Shown here: one piece after another, positions 11,875-22,470 of the stretch
How positions within the stretch are numbered: the stretch's first letter is position 1
Layout of the letters: each line of letters begins with the position of its first letter
Assembly: GCA_039989895.1 (NCBI GenBank)
Contig: JBDXGY010000003.1
Coordinates: forward strand, 21,141-85,140
Direction: 5' to 3'
Length of the DNA: 64,000 bases
Source: Hyphomicrobiales bacterium
Lineage (GTDB): Bacteria > Pseudomonadota > Alphaproteobacteria > Rhizobiales > JACESI01
The notes under the pieces: generated by a model
Databases searched by the model: none
Told to the model about the DNA's origin: nothing
The model's input: the letters and a program-made list of their open reading frames with translations, nothing else
Program-made: the position numbers and the translations under genes

Positions 11875-13497
11875 TCACTCAGCGGCTTGAGAAAAAAGGG
11901 GCGCTGCACTCGTAACCGAAATATCAACGTGTTTCTCAAATTTCTCAAAATTCTCAATGAACATTGAGACAAGATTCTCTGACTGCGCATCATAGGCTTG
12001 TTTATCAGCCCATGTGTCACGCGGCGTCAAAATAGATGAGTCGACACCCTCCACAGCAGTTGGCACTTCGAAACCGAAATTTGCGTCTGTGCGGAAATCA
12101 GCAGCATTCAGCGAACCATCAAGGGCAGATGATAACAGGGCACGCGTTGCCTTAATCGGCATGCGTGAACCAACACCATAAGCGCCACCTGTCCATCCTG
12201 TATTTACCAGCCAGCATGTTACATCGTGCTTGGCAATCAGATCACGTAGAAGCGAGCCATAAACCGATGGATGCAAGGGCATGAATGGTGCACCAAAGCA
12301 GGCAGAGAATGTTGCCGTCGGTTCTGTTAGGCCTTTTTCTGTGCCAGCCACCTTCGCTGTATAGCCAGACAAAAAATGATACATCGCCTGTGTCGGTGTC
12401 AAACGCGCAATCGGAGGCATCACACCGAAAGCGTCAGCTGTTAACATCACAATGTTTTTGGGTTGCGGTGCTTGGCCTGTCGCACTTGCATTGGAGATGA
12501 AATCAATGGGGTAGCAACACCGACCGTTTTCGGTTTTTGAGCTATCATCAAAATCGGGCTTACCTGTTTCATCATCGATCATCACGTTTTCAAGAATCGT
12601 CCCGAAACGTTCTGTCGTTGAATAGATTTCAGGCTCCGCTTCCTTTGATAAATTGATTGTTTTCGCGTAGCAACCGCCTTCAAAATTAAAAATACCATCA
12701 GCTCCCCAACCATGCTCATCATCCCCGATAAGAGTACGGGAAGGGTCAGCAGACAAGGTTGTTTTGCCCGTACCAGAAAGACCAAAGAAGATTGCGCTTT
12801 CACCTTCATCATTCACATTAGCTGAACAATGCATCGGCATAATGCCTTTTTCTGGCAATAGATAGTTGAGAAGTGAGAAAACAGATTTCTTCATTTCGCC
12901 GCCATAAGAAGTACCAACGATAAGCACAATTTTTCGAGTAAAATCACATGCAATGAATGTCTCAGAGCGGCAACCATGACGCTCAGGGTCCGCTTTAAAG
13001 CTTGGCAGATCAATGATTGTCATCTGCGGCACAAAGTTCTCAAGTTCTTCACGCTGCGGGCGCACAAGCATGTTGCGAATGAACAATGAGTGCCAAGCAT
13101 ATTCTGTGAATACACGGGTTTGCAAACGATGAGCGATGTCATTGCCGCCGTAAAGGTCTTGGGCATAAAGCTCCATACCTTTGGCGTGAGCAATCATATC
13201 CTGCCAAAGCAGAGAAAAGTGTTTAGGCTCCATGCCTTTGTTGTTGTCCCACCAAATTTTATCTTCGGTGTTTGCATCGCGGACAATAAATTTATCTTGT
13301 GCGGAGCGGCCAGTGTGTTGACCCGTATCGACAGCCAACGCGCCATCAGCGGTTAGCTCACCTTCACGGTTTTTCAGTGCCCGATCATAAAGCTCGGCAG
13401 CGCCATAGTTCCAGTGAACCGTGCCAATGCTTTCAAGGCCTGCTTTATCAGCCGCGAAATCTTTATTCCAAATACCGTGTTGAACGCCAATATTCAT
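11875..13497 (-). CDS. pckA: Phosphoenolpyruvate carboxykinase (ATP)
   Basis: 540 aa. [12 protein letters not shown]-loop, [16 protein letters not shown] and IGDDEHGW motifs of ATP-dependent PEPCK. Confidence 0.96.
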   Translation of the reverse strand: MNIGVQHGIWNKDFAADKAGLESIGTVHWNYGAAELYDRALKNREGELTADGALAVDTGQHTGRSAQDKFIVRDANTEDKIWWDNNKGMEPKHFSLLWQDMIAHAKGMELYAQDLYGGNDIAHRLQTRVFTEYAWHSLFIRNMLVRPQREELENFVPQMTIIDLPSFKADPERHGCRSETFIACDFTRKIVLIVGTSYGGEMKKSVFSLLNYLLPEKGIMPMHCSANVNDEGESAIFFGLSGTGKTTLSADPSRTLIGDDEHGWGADGIFNFEGGCYAKTINLSKEAEPEIYSTTERFGTILENVMIDDETGKPDFDDSSKTENGRCCYPIDFISNASATGQAPQPKNIVMLTADAFGVMPPIARLTPTQAMYHFLSGYTAKVAGTEKGLTEPTATFSACFGAPFMPLHPSVYGSLLRDLIAKHDVTCWLVNTGWTGGAYGVGSRMPIKATRALLSSALDGSLNAADFRTDANFGFEVPTAVEGVDSSILTPRDTWADKQAYDAQSENLVSMFIENFEKFEKHVDISVTSAAPLFSQAAE

Positions 13498-13795
13498 CTA
13501 AAGCCACCCTTCGTTGCTTGGTCATCAAACCAATGCTCTACAATTGAAGGCAGATTGTCCGCCTTTGGATGCCTCAAATACAGAGGTGGCCTTTTTCAAT
13601 GCAACACACAGAAGTCGCAAAAAGGTAGTTAATGCCGAAGAAAACAACACTTTAGCGCTAGATTTGAGGGTGAATTAAACTTCGCATAAATAGTTTTGCC
13701 TAAAAAATAATATAATTAAATGGCGCTTAAAGTTAATTCGGATTTCGATAAAAATAAGAGGGTACCCGCGCACCAATTGTTGTGATTCAAAATAT

Positions 13796-13824
13796 AAAAA
13801 AGCCCGCACAAGGCGGGCTTTTTA
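13796..13824 (-). terminator. Rho-independent terminator of the OMP gene (bidirectional shape)
   Basis: AAAAAGCCCGC-ACAAG-GCGGGCTTTTT, 20 nt after the stop at 13844. Confidence 0.7.
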
Positions 13825-13843
13825 AAAAGAGACGTCGCGCTTC

Positions 13844-14596
13844 CTAAAATTTATAGGATAGGCCGGCTCTCAAGGCCACATTACTTAGATCTTCTTCGAA
13901 TGTCCCACCATTGACGCCTGGTGTTCCACCGCCACGCCGCACACTGTCTACGTTAATAGCTTGTTGGAAACGCGCATCACCAAAAAGCGAAACACTGTCA
14001 GACAACGCATAACTAGTACCAGCACCAACACTCCAAAGAAAGTTTGTGCTTCTGTCATCAAGATTCAAAGCAAAAGGCGCTGCCGGATTGTACACGAGGT
14101 CCAGATCAACAACAGAAACACCTAGGCCCCCAACGATATAAGGCGTGAAGCCCGTGTCGCTAAAATGATCGAAGTCAAGATAAAGGTTAGCTAAGACATT
14201 GAAACCAGTTACATCCGTGTCACCAATAAGTATTTCATTTCCAGCGCCATTGCCGGAAAAATCCAATTGATCAACATCATTGTTGAAATAGGAAAACTCG
14301 ATTTCAGTACGAGGTGTAATGCCATCAAAATTAAAACTATTCCATTTGTAACCAACTGCGCCACCAACACTGAATCCATTATCACGGTCAATATCTACTA
14401 ATAAGCCATCGCCATTTGAAAAGGATTCATCGCCAACACTGAGATTCCCACCGGCAAAGATTGAGATATAAAAATTATCATTTTTTGCCGCAGGTGCAAT
14501 TGGTTGAGCTGGCGGATCAATATCTGCTGCCATTGCTACACCAGTCATCAGGCTCATGACCGCAACTGCTGATATGCTCTTTTTCAAAAATATCAT
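13844..14596 (-). CDS. Outer-membrane beta-barrel protein (Omp25/OmpA-like surface antigen family)
   Basis: Signal peptide MIFLKKSISAVAVMSLMTGVAMA, alternating beta-strand pattern, and a C-terminal ...RAGLSYKF with terminal Phe. The start was set to the ATG at 14596 rather than the track's 14749. Confidence 0.7.
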   Translation of the reverse strand: MIFLKKSISAVAVMSLMTGVAMAADIDPPAQPIAPAAKNDNFYISIFAGGNLSVGDESFSNGDGLLVDIDRDNGFSVGGAVGYKWNSFNFDGITPRTEIEFSYFNNDVDQLDFSGNGAGNEILIGDTDVTGFNVLANLYLDFDHFSDTGFTPYIVGGLGVSVVDLDLVYNPAAPFALNLDDRSTNFLWSVGAGTSYALSDSVSLFGDARFQQAINVDSVRRGGGTPGVNGGTFEEDLSNVALRAGLSYKF

Positions 14597-14876
14597 ACAA
14601 ACCACTTCTTTCTTATTACTCTTTACAATTTTAAATTGATATGAATTCAACCACGCACCATGCGTGACGAACCGCTTGTTTGCCCTTAGCCAGACGTTTA
14701 CTCGTCTAATAAATGAACAACAACACACGATTCTCTCGCGGAATATCACGTTAAATTTTCAGGCAAATGTAAGAAAAAAATGAATATTTTCTGACTTGGC
14801 TATACGCGCCCTTGTCGCCTTATGTCGACAACATGGAAATGCTTGTGGTTTGGTGCGCGTAGATAGGTTTTATATG

Positions 14877-17798
14877 TTAATGCGCCTCATCCCAATTATC
14901 CGCAGCACGAGCATCGACCGACAGGGGAACACTCAGGTTGAGGACGGGCATGGTCGCATTTTCCATGATGCCTTTGACGAGCGCTGTGGTGGAGTCGACT
15001 TCTTCTTCCGGTAGCTCGAAAATCAGTTCATCATGCACTTGTAGCAGCATTTGTGCGTTCAGCTTCGCCTCATAAAGCGCCTCTTCCATGCGCAGCATCG
15101 CTCGGCGCAGGATATCAGCCGCAGAGCCTTGGATGGGCGCGTTAATGGCGGCGCGTTCATAAAAATTGCGCATATTTGGATTTTTGGTATTAATATCAGG
15201 ATAGTGCGCGCGGCGCCCGAAAATCGTCTCCACATAGCCATTGGCGTGAACAAACTTCTTTGTCTCTTCCATGTAATCTTTAATACCCGGGAAGCGTTCG
15301 AAATATTTGTCGATATAATCCTTCGCTTCGCCGCGCCCGATGCCAAGCTGATTGGCCAGCCCGAAGGCAGAAATACCATAAATAATACCAAAGTTGATCG
15401 CCTTTGCACGGCGGCGCACCATAGGGTCCATACCATCGATCGGCACACCAAACATCTCACTGGCCGTCATCGCATGAATATCAAACCCGTCTTCAAAGGC
15501 CTGTTTCAACTGTGGGATGTCAGCCATGTGCGCGAGAACGCGCAGTTCAATTTGGCTATAGTCAGCAGACAAAAGCTTGCGCCCCTTGGCGGCAACAAAA
15601 GCCTGCCTGATTTTGCGCCCTTCTTCAGTGCGCACGGGGATATTTTGTAAGTTCGGTTCTGAAGATGAAAGCCGCCCCGTGGAGGTGCTAGCCAGAGAAT
15701 ATGAGGTGTGAACGCGGTTGCTATCAGCGTTAATATAGGTGGGGATCGCATCTGAATAGGTAGATTTCAATTTTGAAAGCTGTCGCCATTCAACGATTTT
15801 AACAGGCAAGTCATGACCTTCAGCTGCCAAATCTTCCAGAGCTTGTGCAGAGGTAGACCATGCGCCGGTTTTGGTCTTCTTGCCGCCAGGCAAGCCCATT
15901 TTGTCAAACAGTATCTCACCGAGCTGCTTGGGAGAGCCGACATTGAATGTTTCGCCAGCTAGATCATAAATGTCGGCTTCAATGGCTGCCGCCTTTTGGG
16001 CAAATTCACCCGAAAGGCGCGAGAGCATTTGCCTATCAACGGCAATGCCGCGTTGTTCCATGCGTGCAAGAGCTGGCACCATCGGGCGTTCCAGTCGCTC
16101 ATAAACCGTGACCATGCCCTCAGCCACAAGGCGCGGCTTTAAGATCATCCAAAGCCGCAGGGTGACATCGGCATCTTCAGCGGCATAAGCGGTTGCTTTT
16201 TCAAGGGGCACCTTATCGAAAGTAATCATTGATTTGCCAGAGCCACAGACTTCCTTGAAGGGAATGGGGTCGTGGTTTAGCCAGCGTTCAGACAACGCAT
16301 CCATGCCATGACCACCAGAGATGCCAGCATCCAGCACATAGGACATCAGCATCGTGTCATCAAAAGGCGCGACTTTAATGCCGTAGCGAATGAGAACCAG
16401 CCAGTCGTATTTCAGGTTTTGCGCAACCTTAAGAACAGACGGATCTTCAAAGAGCGGCTTTAAGCGGGCAATCGCTTCTTTGAGTGGTATTTGATTTGGC
16501 ATGGCCGCATGATCGCTGGATTGCACATCACCGAACAAATCACCACAGAATGCATCAGGATCAATATGGGCAAGCGGAATATAGCAGGCGCGGCCCGGTG
16601 CTGTGGCAAGCGATACGCCTACCAGATCACAGGCCATAGCATCAAGAGATGTGGTCTCTGTATCAACCGCAACAATACCCTTCTCGCGCGCCTCTTCGAT
16701 CCAGCGATCCAGCGCTTCAAGATTTATCACCATTTCATAGGTGCTGCTGTCGACGGGCAGCGCACTGATTTTTTCTGCGCGTTGGCTGGCCAGCATTTGT
16801 GGCGTTGCGATGCCGCCCTCTTTACTTATTTGTGTCGGATCAAGATCTGGCCCGCGCTGCGCTTCATAGCCATCAACTTTGATGACCTTTGCCTCAATCG
16901 CGCTAACATCGGCCTCAAAGTTTTCAGCCACACGCTTGGTGAGGGTCGTGAATTCCATGCCCTTGAGATAAGAAAGCAGCTCCGCCCCTTCCACCTCAAC
17001 AACCCCAAGATCATCCAGCGGCACATCAAGTTCCACATGATCATCAAGTCGGACTAATTGCCGTGAAATACGAGCTTGATCCGCAAATTCGATCAGATTC
17101 TCGCGCCGCTTGTTTTGCTTAATCTCACCCGCTCTCGCCAGAAGCGTTTCAAGGTCTCCGTATTCCAGCAATAATTGTGCGGCGGTTTTGGCGCCAATGC
17201 CAGGAACGCCGGGCACATTATCCGTGCTATCACCAGCGAGCGCCTGAAGGTCGATCATCATTTCTGGTCCCACACCAAATTTCTCAAGCACTTCAGGCGT
17301 TGAAATATGCTTGTCTTTCATTGAGTCATACATCGATACATTATCTGTCACCAGTTGCATCAAATCTTTGTCGGATGAAACGATAGTGACCTTGTTGCCA
17401 TTTTCATTAGCAATGCGAGCATAGGTGGCAATCAGATCGTCGGCCTCAAAGCCTTCTTTCTCTATTGATGGCAGGTTGAAAGCATGAGTTGCTTCACGGA
17501 TAAGCCCAAATTGAGGGCGTAAATCTTCCGGCGGAGCGGAGCGGTTGGCTTTATATTCGGGGTATATTTCATTGCGGAATGTTTTTGAAGAATGATCAAA
17601 GATCACCGCAAAGTGCGTGGCAGGCGGCCCCAGCTTTCCGTCCTTCGCCTGATTGAATACCTTCCACATCATATTGCAATAACCCGACACCGCACCTACG
17701 GGAATACCGTCGGATTTGCGCGTGAGTGGGGGCAGCGCATGATAGGCGCGAAAGATATAGGCTGACCCATCGATGAGAAAGATATGTTTTTGTGACAT
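14877..17798 (-). CDS. polA: DNA polymerase I
   Basis: About 973 aa. It has a 5'-3' exonuclease N-terminus (IFLIDGSAYIFRAYHALP), a 3'-5' exonuclease domain, and Pol A motifs (DYSQIELRVLAH, RRRAKAINFGIIYG, LQVHDELIFE). The start is taken at MSQKH (17798). Confidence 0.96.
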   Translation of the reverse strand: MSQKHIFLIDGSAYIFRAYHALPPLTRKSDGIPVGAVSGYCNMMWKVFNQAKDGKLGPPATHFAVIFDHSSKTFRNEIYPEYKANRSAPPEDLRPQFGLIREATHAFNLPSIEKEGFEADDLIATYARIANENGNKVTIVSSDKDLMQLVTDNVSMYDSMKDKHISTPEVLEKFGVGPEMMIDLQALAGDSTDNVPGVPGIGAKTAAQLLLEYGDLETLLARAGEIKQNKRRENLIEFADQARISRQLVRLDDHVELDVPLDDLGVVEVEGAELLSYLKGMEFTTLTKRVAENFEADVSAIEAKVIKVDGYEAQRGPDLDPTQISKEGGIATPQMLASQRAEKISALPVDSSTYEMVINLEALDRWIEEAREKGIVAVDTETTSLDAMACDLVGVSLATAPGRACYIPLAHIDPDAFCGDLFGDVQSSDHAAMPNQIPLKEAIARLKPLFEDPSVLKVAQNLKYDWLVLIRYGIKVAPFDDTMLMSYVLDAGISGGHGMDALSERWLNHDPIPFKEVCGSGKSMITFDKVPLEKATAYAAEDADVTLRLWMILKPRLVAEGMVTVYERLERPMVPALARMEQRGIAVDRQMLSRLSGEFAQKAAAIEADIYDLAGETFNVGSPKQLGEILFDKMGLPGGKKTKTGAWSTSAQALEDLAAEGHDLPVKIVEWRQLSKLKSTYSDAIPTYINADSNRVHTSYSLASTSTGRLSSSEPNLQNIPVRTEEGRKIRQAFVAAKGRKLLSADYSQIELRVLAHMADIPQLKQAFEDGFDIHAMTASEMFGVPIDGMDPMVRRRAKAINFGIIYGISAFGLANQLGIGRGEAKDYIDKYFERFPGIKDYMEETKKFVHANGYVETIFGRRAHYPDINTKNPNMRNFYERAAINAPIQGSAADILRRAMLRMEEALYEAKLNAQMLLQVHDELIFELPEEEVDSTTALVKGIMENATMPVLNLSVPLSVDARAADNWDEAH

Positions 17799-17967
17799 TG
17801 TGCACTCCTGTTGGCGCACAATTTAGAGCCGCAATGCGCTAAAGTCATCATATGATACCAACCGATAGGTACTTTCTAACATTATAGACTTGTTCCTACG
17901 CCCAAGGCCTCATAAAACGGAGGCACTTAATTCTTGATATTCATGTTTGAAACGACATATCGCTACT

Positions 17968-18612
17968 ATGAAACCGATCATTAAAATCTGTGGTCTTTCC
18001 ACAACCCAAACCATCAATGCTGCCATTAATGCGGGCGCCGATTGGATTGGTCTTGTTAATTTCAAAAAAAGCCCGCGTCATGTGGATGGTGATGAGGCTA
18101 GACGCCTTGCTGGCCATGCGCGAGGGCGGACAAAGATTGTATCTTTGGTGGTCAATATAGATGATGAAGCGCTTGATGAGATCGTGCGGGATGTCAAACC
18201 AGATATTGTGCAATGTCATGGCAGCGAGACGCCTGCGCGCATTTTAGAGATAAAATCACGTTATGATTTGTTGGTCATGAAGGCGATTGGCATCAGCGTG
18301 AGTGATGACCTTGCCGCGATTGTTCCCTATATTGGTATTGCAGATCATATTTTACTTGATGCAAAACCACCGAAAGATGCTGATCTGCCAGGCGGCAATG
18401 GCGCGACATTTGATTGGGATATTGTGAAAGACCTTCCAGATAATGTGCCTTTCATGCTCTCTGGCGGCTTGTCACCGGATAATGTACAAGAAGCGATTGA
18501 AAGGGTTAGTCCCTTTGGGGTTGATGTCTCCTCTGGTGTTGAGAGCCAACCCGGCGTAAAAGATATAGCAATGATTGAAAGCTTTATTCACGCAGCAACA
18601 TTAAAAGCGTGA
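17968..18612 (+). CDS. trpF: Phosphoribosylanthranilate isomerase
   Basis: [10 protein letters not shown] start, a TIM-barrel PRAI pattern ([10 protein letters not shown] ... GVDVSSGVE), and position upstream of trpB. The track ORF begins at TTG 17947; ATG 17968 is preferred. Confidence 0.88.
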   Translation: MKPIIKICGLSTTQTINAAINAGADWIGLVNFKKSPRHVDGDEARRLAGHARGRTKIVSLVVNIDDEALDEIVRDVKPDIVQCHGSETPARILEIKSRYDLLVMKAIGISVSDDLAAIVPYIGIADHILLDAKPPKDADLPGGNGATFDWDIVKDLPDNVPFMLSGGLSPDNVQEAIERVSPFGVDVSSGVESQPGVKDIAMIESFIHAATLKA

Positions 18613-18655
18613 AACCAGAGCAAGAAGAGTAAAAAAGAGCAAAAGAGTAACGGCA

Positions 18656-19873
18656 ATGAATGTGCAAAAACCAAATTCCTATCGCACCGGCCCTGATGAG
18701 CGCGGGCACTTCGGCATTTACGGCGGCCGTTTCGTTGCCGAAACATTGATGCCACTTATTCTGGATTTGGAAAAAGCCTATGAAGAGGCGAAAGCGGACC
18801 CGTCTTTTCAAGCCGAACTTGATCATCTCAATAAACATTATTCTGGTCGCCCCAGCCCGCTTTATTTTGCCGAGCGTATGACCGAGCATCTTGGTGGCGC
18901 GAAGATTTATTTTAAGCGCGATGAGTTGAACCATACGGGCAGCCATAAAATCAACAATTGCCTTGGCCAAATTTTGCTTGCAAAGCGCATGGGCAAAACC
19001 CGCATTATCGCGGAAACCGGCGCGGGTCAGCATGGTGTTGCGTCTGCGACAGTTTGCGCGCGATTTGGGTTTCCTTGTCATGTTTATATGGGTGCAACCG
19101 ACGTTGAACGCCAAGCACCAAATGTGTTTCGTATGAAGCTGCTAGGCGCTGAGGTTAATCCTGTCACCGCCGGTGCGGGTACACTGAAAGATGCCATGAA
19201 TGAAGCACTGCGCGACTGGGTGACAAATGTGGACGATACATTTTACATCATTGGCACGGCAGCAGGGCCCCACCCCTATCCAACGCTTGTGCGGGATTTT
19301 CAGTCCGTCATCGGCAATGAGCTACGCGAACAGATGATGGAAGCCGAAGGTCGTCTGCCAGACACATTGATTGCCTGCATTGGCGGCGGCTCAAATGCCA
19401 TTGGCCTATTCCATCCATTCCTCGATGACGAAAATATCGAGATCATCGGCGTTGAAGCAGGCGGCCACGGCCTTGATACGGATGGGCATTGCGCGTCTCT
19501 CACCGGCGGCAAGCCCGGCGTATTGCACGGCAATCGCACGTATCTTTTGCAAGATGATGATGGGCAAATACTCGAAGGTCATTCAATCTCGGCTGGCCTT
19601 GATTACCCCGGCATCGGGCCTGAACACTCATGGCTGCGCGATACGGGACGTGTCAATTATGTGCCTATCACAGATGTAGAGGCGCTTGAGGCTTTTCAGC
19701 TTTGCACAAAGTTAGAGGGTATTATTCCAGCATTGGAACCAAGCCATGCGCTTGCCGAAGTCATTAAAAGAGCGCCAACCATGGATAAGGACCAGATCCT
19801 TGTCATGAACCTGTGCGGGCGTGGCGATAAGGATGTGTTCACTGTTGGCAAAGCGCTGGGCGTGGAGCTCTAA
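18656..19873 (+). CDS. trpB: Tryptophan synthase beta chain
   Basis: 405 aa with the [12 protein letters not shown]-lysine motif and GGGSNAIG. Confidence 0.97.
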   Translation: MNVQKPNSYRTGPDERGHFGIYGGRFVAETLMPLILDLEKAYEEAKADPSFQAELDHLNKHYSGRPSPLYFAERMTEHLGGAKIYFKRDELNHTGSHKINNCLGQILLAKRMGKTRIIAETGAGQHGVASATVCARFGFPCHVYMGATDVERQAPNVFRMKLLGAEVNPVTAGAGTLKDAMNEALRDWVTNVDDTFYIIGTAAGPHPYPTLVRDFQSVIGNELREQMMEAEGRLPDTLIACIGGGSNAIGLFHPFLDDENIEIIGVEAGGHGLDTDGHCASLTGGKPGVLHGNRTYLLQDDDGQILEGHSISAGLDYPGIGPEHSWLRDTGRVNYVPITDVEALEAFQLCTKLEGIIPALEPSHALAEVIKRAPTMDKDQILVMNLCGRGDKDVFTVGKALGVEL

Positions 19874-19877
19874 CGAG

Positions 19878-20120
19878 ATGAGTGATAAATTAGATATTCT
19901 TCTAGAGCGGCTTGAAGTGTTGCAATATGATGTGACAAAGATGGAAACTCGTATGGATGCTTTTGAGAATGAACTCAGACTAATGGCCCATGAACAAGCG
20001 CCCCAACTGGCAGAAATGCGTCAAGAATTAAGACACATGAAGCAGGCTGTTGACACTTTCGCAGAGTTTACTGATGGCGGAAAACCAATCGAAGCACTCC
20101 AACCAGCACCACGACGATGA
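19878..20120 (+). CDS. Small hypothetical coiled-coil protein (80 aa)
   Basis: The ATG lies 4 nt after the trpB stop, with GGAG 10 nt upstream. The sequence is heptad-like and charged (LERLEVLQYDVTKMETRMDAFENELRLM). No family was recognised. Confidence 0.4.
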   Translation: MSDKLDILLERLEVLQYDVTKMETRMDAFENELRLMAHEQAPQLAEMRQELRHMKQAVDTFAEFTDGGKPIEALQPAPRR

Positions 20121-20212
20121 CATCTGTCTTGTCAGGTTTTTCTGGATAGCAGAACCAAGTCCGGCTATGAAGAATGAAATAACGATTATAACAAAGACAA
20201 GACGAGTTTAGG

Positions 20213-20611
20213 ATGACCATCACAATCTACCACAACCCAAAATGCGGCACATCGCGCAACACTTTGGCGATGATTGAGCAATCAGGCGCAATGCTGGATG
20301 TAATTGATTATCAAAAAACACCCATTGGTCGCGCAAAACTGGTTGAGGTGATCGCGGCCACTGGTCTTAGCGTTCGTGATATCTTGCGGCAAAGGGGCAC
20401 GCCCTATGATGAACTTGATCTAGGCAATGAAAAATGGAGTGATGATGAGTTGATCGACTTTATCGTCGAGCACCCCATTCTCATGAATCGCCCGATTGTG
20501 GTCTCGCCAAAAGGCGCGGTTTTGGCGCGGCCTTCCGAGAAAGTTCTGGACATTTTACCTAATCCCGATATCGGTTCCTTCACAAAAGAAGACGGCGACG
20601 TCGTCAAATAA
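20213..20611 (+). CDS. arsC: Arsenate reductase, glutaredoxin-coupled ArsC family
   Basis: 132 aa. [12 protein letters not shown] contains the catalytic Cys and Arg, and the sequence is collinear with ArsC/Spx-family ArsC. Confidence 0.8.
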   Translation: MTITIYHNPKCGTSRNTLAMIEQSGAMLDVIDYQKTPIGRAKLVEVIAATGLSVRDILRQRGTPYDELDLGNEKWSDDELIDFIVEHPILMNRPIVVSPKGAVLARPSEKVLDILPNPDIGSFTKEDGDVVK

Positions 20612-20625
20612 ATTCGAGAACAATC

Positions 20626-21480
20626 ATGAGTACCAAGCGCCCCGTAACAAGAATTGATGCCCGTTTTGCAAAATGTGCGAGCGAAAACCGCCCGGCGCTG
20701 GTAACTTTTATCACAGCAGGCGACCCCGATCAGGCAACCAGTCAAGCAATCGTTGATGCATTGCCAGCTGCGGGTGCCGATGTCATTGAATTAGGTATGC
20801 CGTTCTCAGATCCAATGGCTGAAGGCATCCCGATTCAACTAGCGACCCAGCGCGCTTTGAAAGCAGGCATGCGCATGAATGATGTGCTTGATATGGTGCG
20901 CCGCTTTCGTGAGTATGACAATGAAACGCCGATTGTGCTCATGGGCTATTATAACCCGATTTATTTCCGTGGCTCAGCGGCCTTTGCGGCAGAAGCGAAA
21001 GAAGCCGGCGTGGATGGGTTGATCATTGTTGATTTGCCACCAGAAGCAGATGATGAATTATGTTTGCCGGCAATGGAATCAGGCATAAACTTCATCCGTC
21101 TGGCCACGCCAACCACCGATGACAAACGCCTGCCGGCCGTACTCAACAACACATCAGGTTTTGTCTATTACGTATCAATGACCGGCATCACAGGGGCCGC
21201 CCTCACCAATACAGGCCGTGTGGCCGATGCGGTCAACCGCATCAAAAACCATACAGATTTGCCTGTTGCGGTTGGCTTTGGCGTTAAAACCGCTGAACAA
21301 GCACGCATCATTGGCATGGATGCGGATGGTGTGGTGGTTGGCTCCGCCCTTGTTAGTGCTATAAAAGACAGCCTTGACGAAGACGGTAAAGCTACCGACA
21401 TAACAGTGAAAGCCGTCACTGATCTTGTTAAAGAACTCAGTGTTGGTGTTCATGCCGCACGATCTGAAGCTGCCGAATAA
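20626..21480 (+). CDS. trpA: Tryptophan synthase alpha chain
   Basis: 284 aa with [17 protein letters not shown] and GFGV(K) motifs. Confidence 0.93.
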   Translation: MSTKRPVTRIDARFAKCASENRPALVTFITAGDPDQATSQAIVDALPAAGADVIELGMPFSDPMAEGIPIQLATQRALKAGMRMNDVLDMVRRFREYDNETPIVLMGYYNPIYFRGSAAFAAEAKEAGVDGLIIVDLPPEADDELCLPAMESGINFIRLATPTTDDKRLPAVLNNTSGFVYYVSMTGITGAALTNTGRVADAVNRIKNHTDLPVAVGFGVKTAEQARIIGMDADGVVVGSALVSAIKDSLDEDGKATDITVKAVTDLVKELSVGVHAARSEAAE

Positions 21481-21515
21481 GCTTGAGAATACAGATAAAC
21501 TAAGGAACCAAGCCA

Positions 21516-22463
21516 TTGAACTGGATTAGCAACGTCGTCCGCCCTGGAATGGGTTTTTTCAATAAGCGTGAAACGCCTGAGAACCTTTGGGTGAAAGATC
21601 CCGAGAGCGGCGAGCTTGTCTTCCACCGTGATCTTGAGCAAAATCAATTCGTTGTCCCAAATTCTAATTATCACATGAAGATTGAAGGTAAAAAGCGCCT
21701 GAACTTCTTTTTCGATAATGAGGAATGGAAACAAATTGATACGCCAGATGTTGCGGTTGATCCCTTGAAATTTCGCGATAGCAAGCGCTATGTCGACCGC
21801 CTTAAAGACGCCAAAGCAAAAACCGGCCTGAAGGATGCTATTCTTATTGCCCACGGCAAGGTCAAAGGTGTTGAGATGATCGCCGTCGTTCAAGACTCCG
21901 AGTTCATGTTGGGATCGCTTGGTATGGCGGCCGGTGAGGCGATTATTACTGCTATTATGAGCGCTGTAAAAAAGAAACTACCATTTGTTATTTTTACAGC
22001 TTCTGGCGGCGCCCGTATGCAGGAGGGCATTATGTCCTTGATGCAACTACCGCGCACGACCGTCGCCGTTCAAGCACTTCGTGAAGCGGGCTTGCCTTAT
22101 ATCGTCGTTCTCACCAATCCAACAACCGGTGGCGTGACCGCATCTTATGCGATGTTGGGTGATGTTCACATTGCAGAACCCGGCGCGCTTGTGTGTTTTG
22201 CAGGACCACGCGTAATAGAACAAACCATCCGCGAAAAATTGCCGGAAGGATTTCAGCGATCAGAATATCTGAAAGAACACGGCATGGTCGACATGGTGGT
22301 CCATCGTCATGCGCTGCCTGAGACGGTTGCACAAATTTGCGCAACATTGACCCATCAGGCTTGGCCGTTAATTGACGAACCCGCTGCAGACGACGCTGAG
22401 GCCGCAGCAGATGACGAATCTCCTGAAATTAGTGACGAGGGTGGCGACACCGCCACTCCTTAG
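21516..22463 (+). CDS. accD: Acetyl-CoA carboxylase carboxyltransferase beta subunit
   Basis: 315 aa with a TTG start and AAGGAA SD. Collinear with AccD ([21 protein letters not shown]). The N-terminal zinc-ribbon cysteines are absent (see findings). Confidence 0.92.
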   Translation: MNWISNVVRPGMGFFNKRETPENLWVKDPESGELVFHRDLEQNQFVVPNSNYHMKIEGKKRLNFFFDNEEWKQIDTPDVAVDPLKFRDSKRYVDRLKDAKAKTGLKDAILIAHGKVKGVEMIAVVQDSEFMLGSLGMAAGEAIITAIMSAVKKKLPFVIFTASGGARMQEGIMSLMQLPRTTVAVQALREAGLPYIVVLTNPTTGGVTASYAMLGDVHIAEPGALVCFAGPRVIEQTIREKLPEGFQRSEYLKEHGMVDMVVHRHALPETVAQICATLTHQAWPLIDEPAADDAEAAADDESPEISDEGGDTATP

Positions 22464-22470
22464 TGCCCTC

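Noticed and set aside
14597-14749. N-terminal extensions offered by the ORF track (also at 2912-2974, 8189-8233, 17799-17819, 17947-17967, 22372-22470, 32889-32933, 49486-49554, 55633-55674 and 62913-62927)
   Set aside because: Internal ATG codons give canonical N-termini, signal peptides or Shine-Dalgarno sites and remove overlaps with upstream genes. The extensions are probably not translated.
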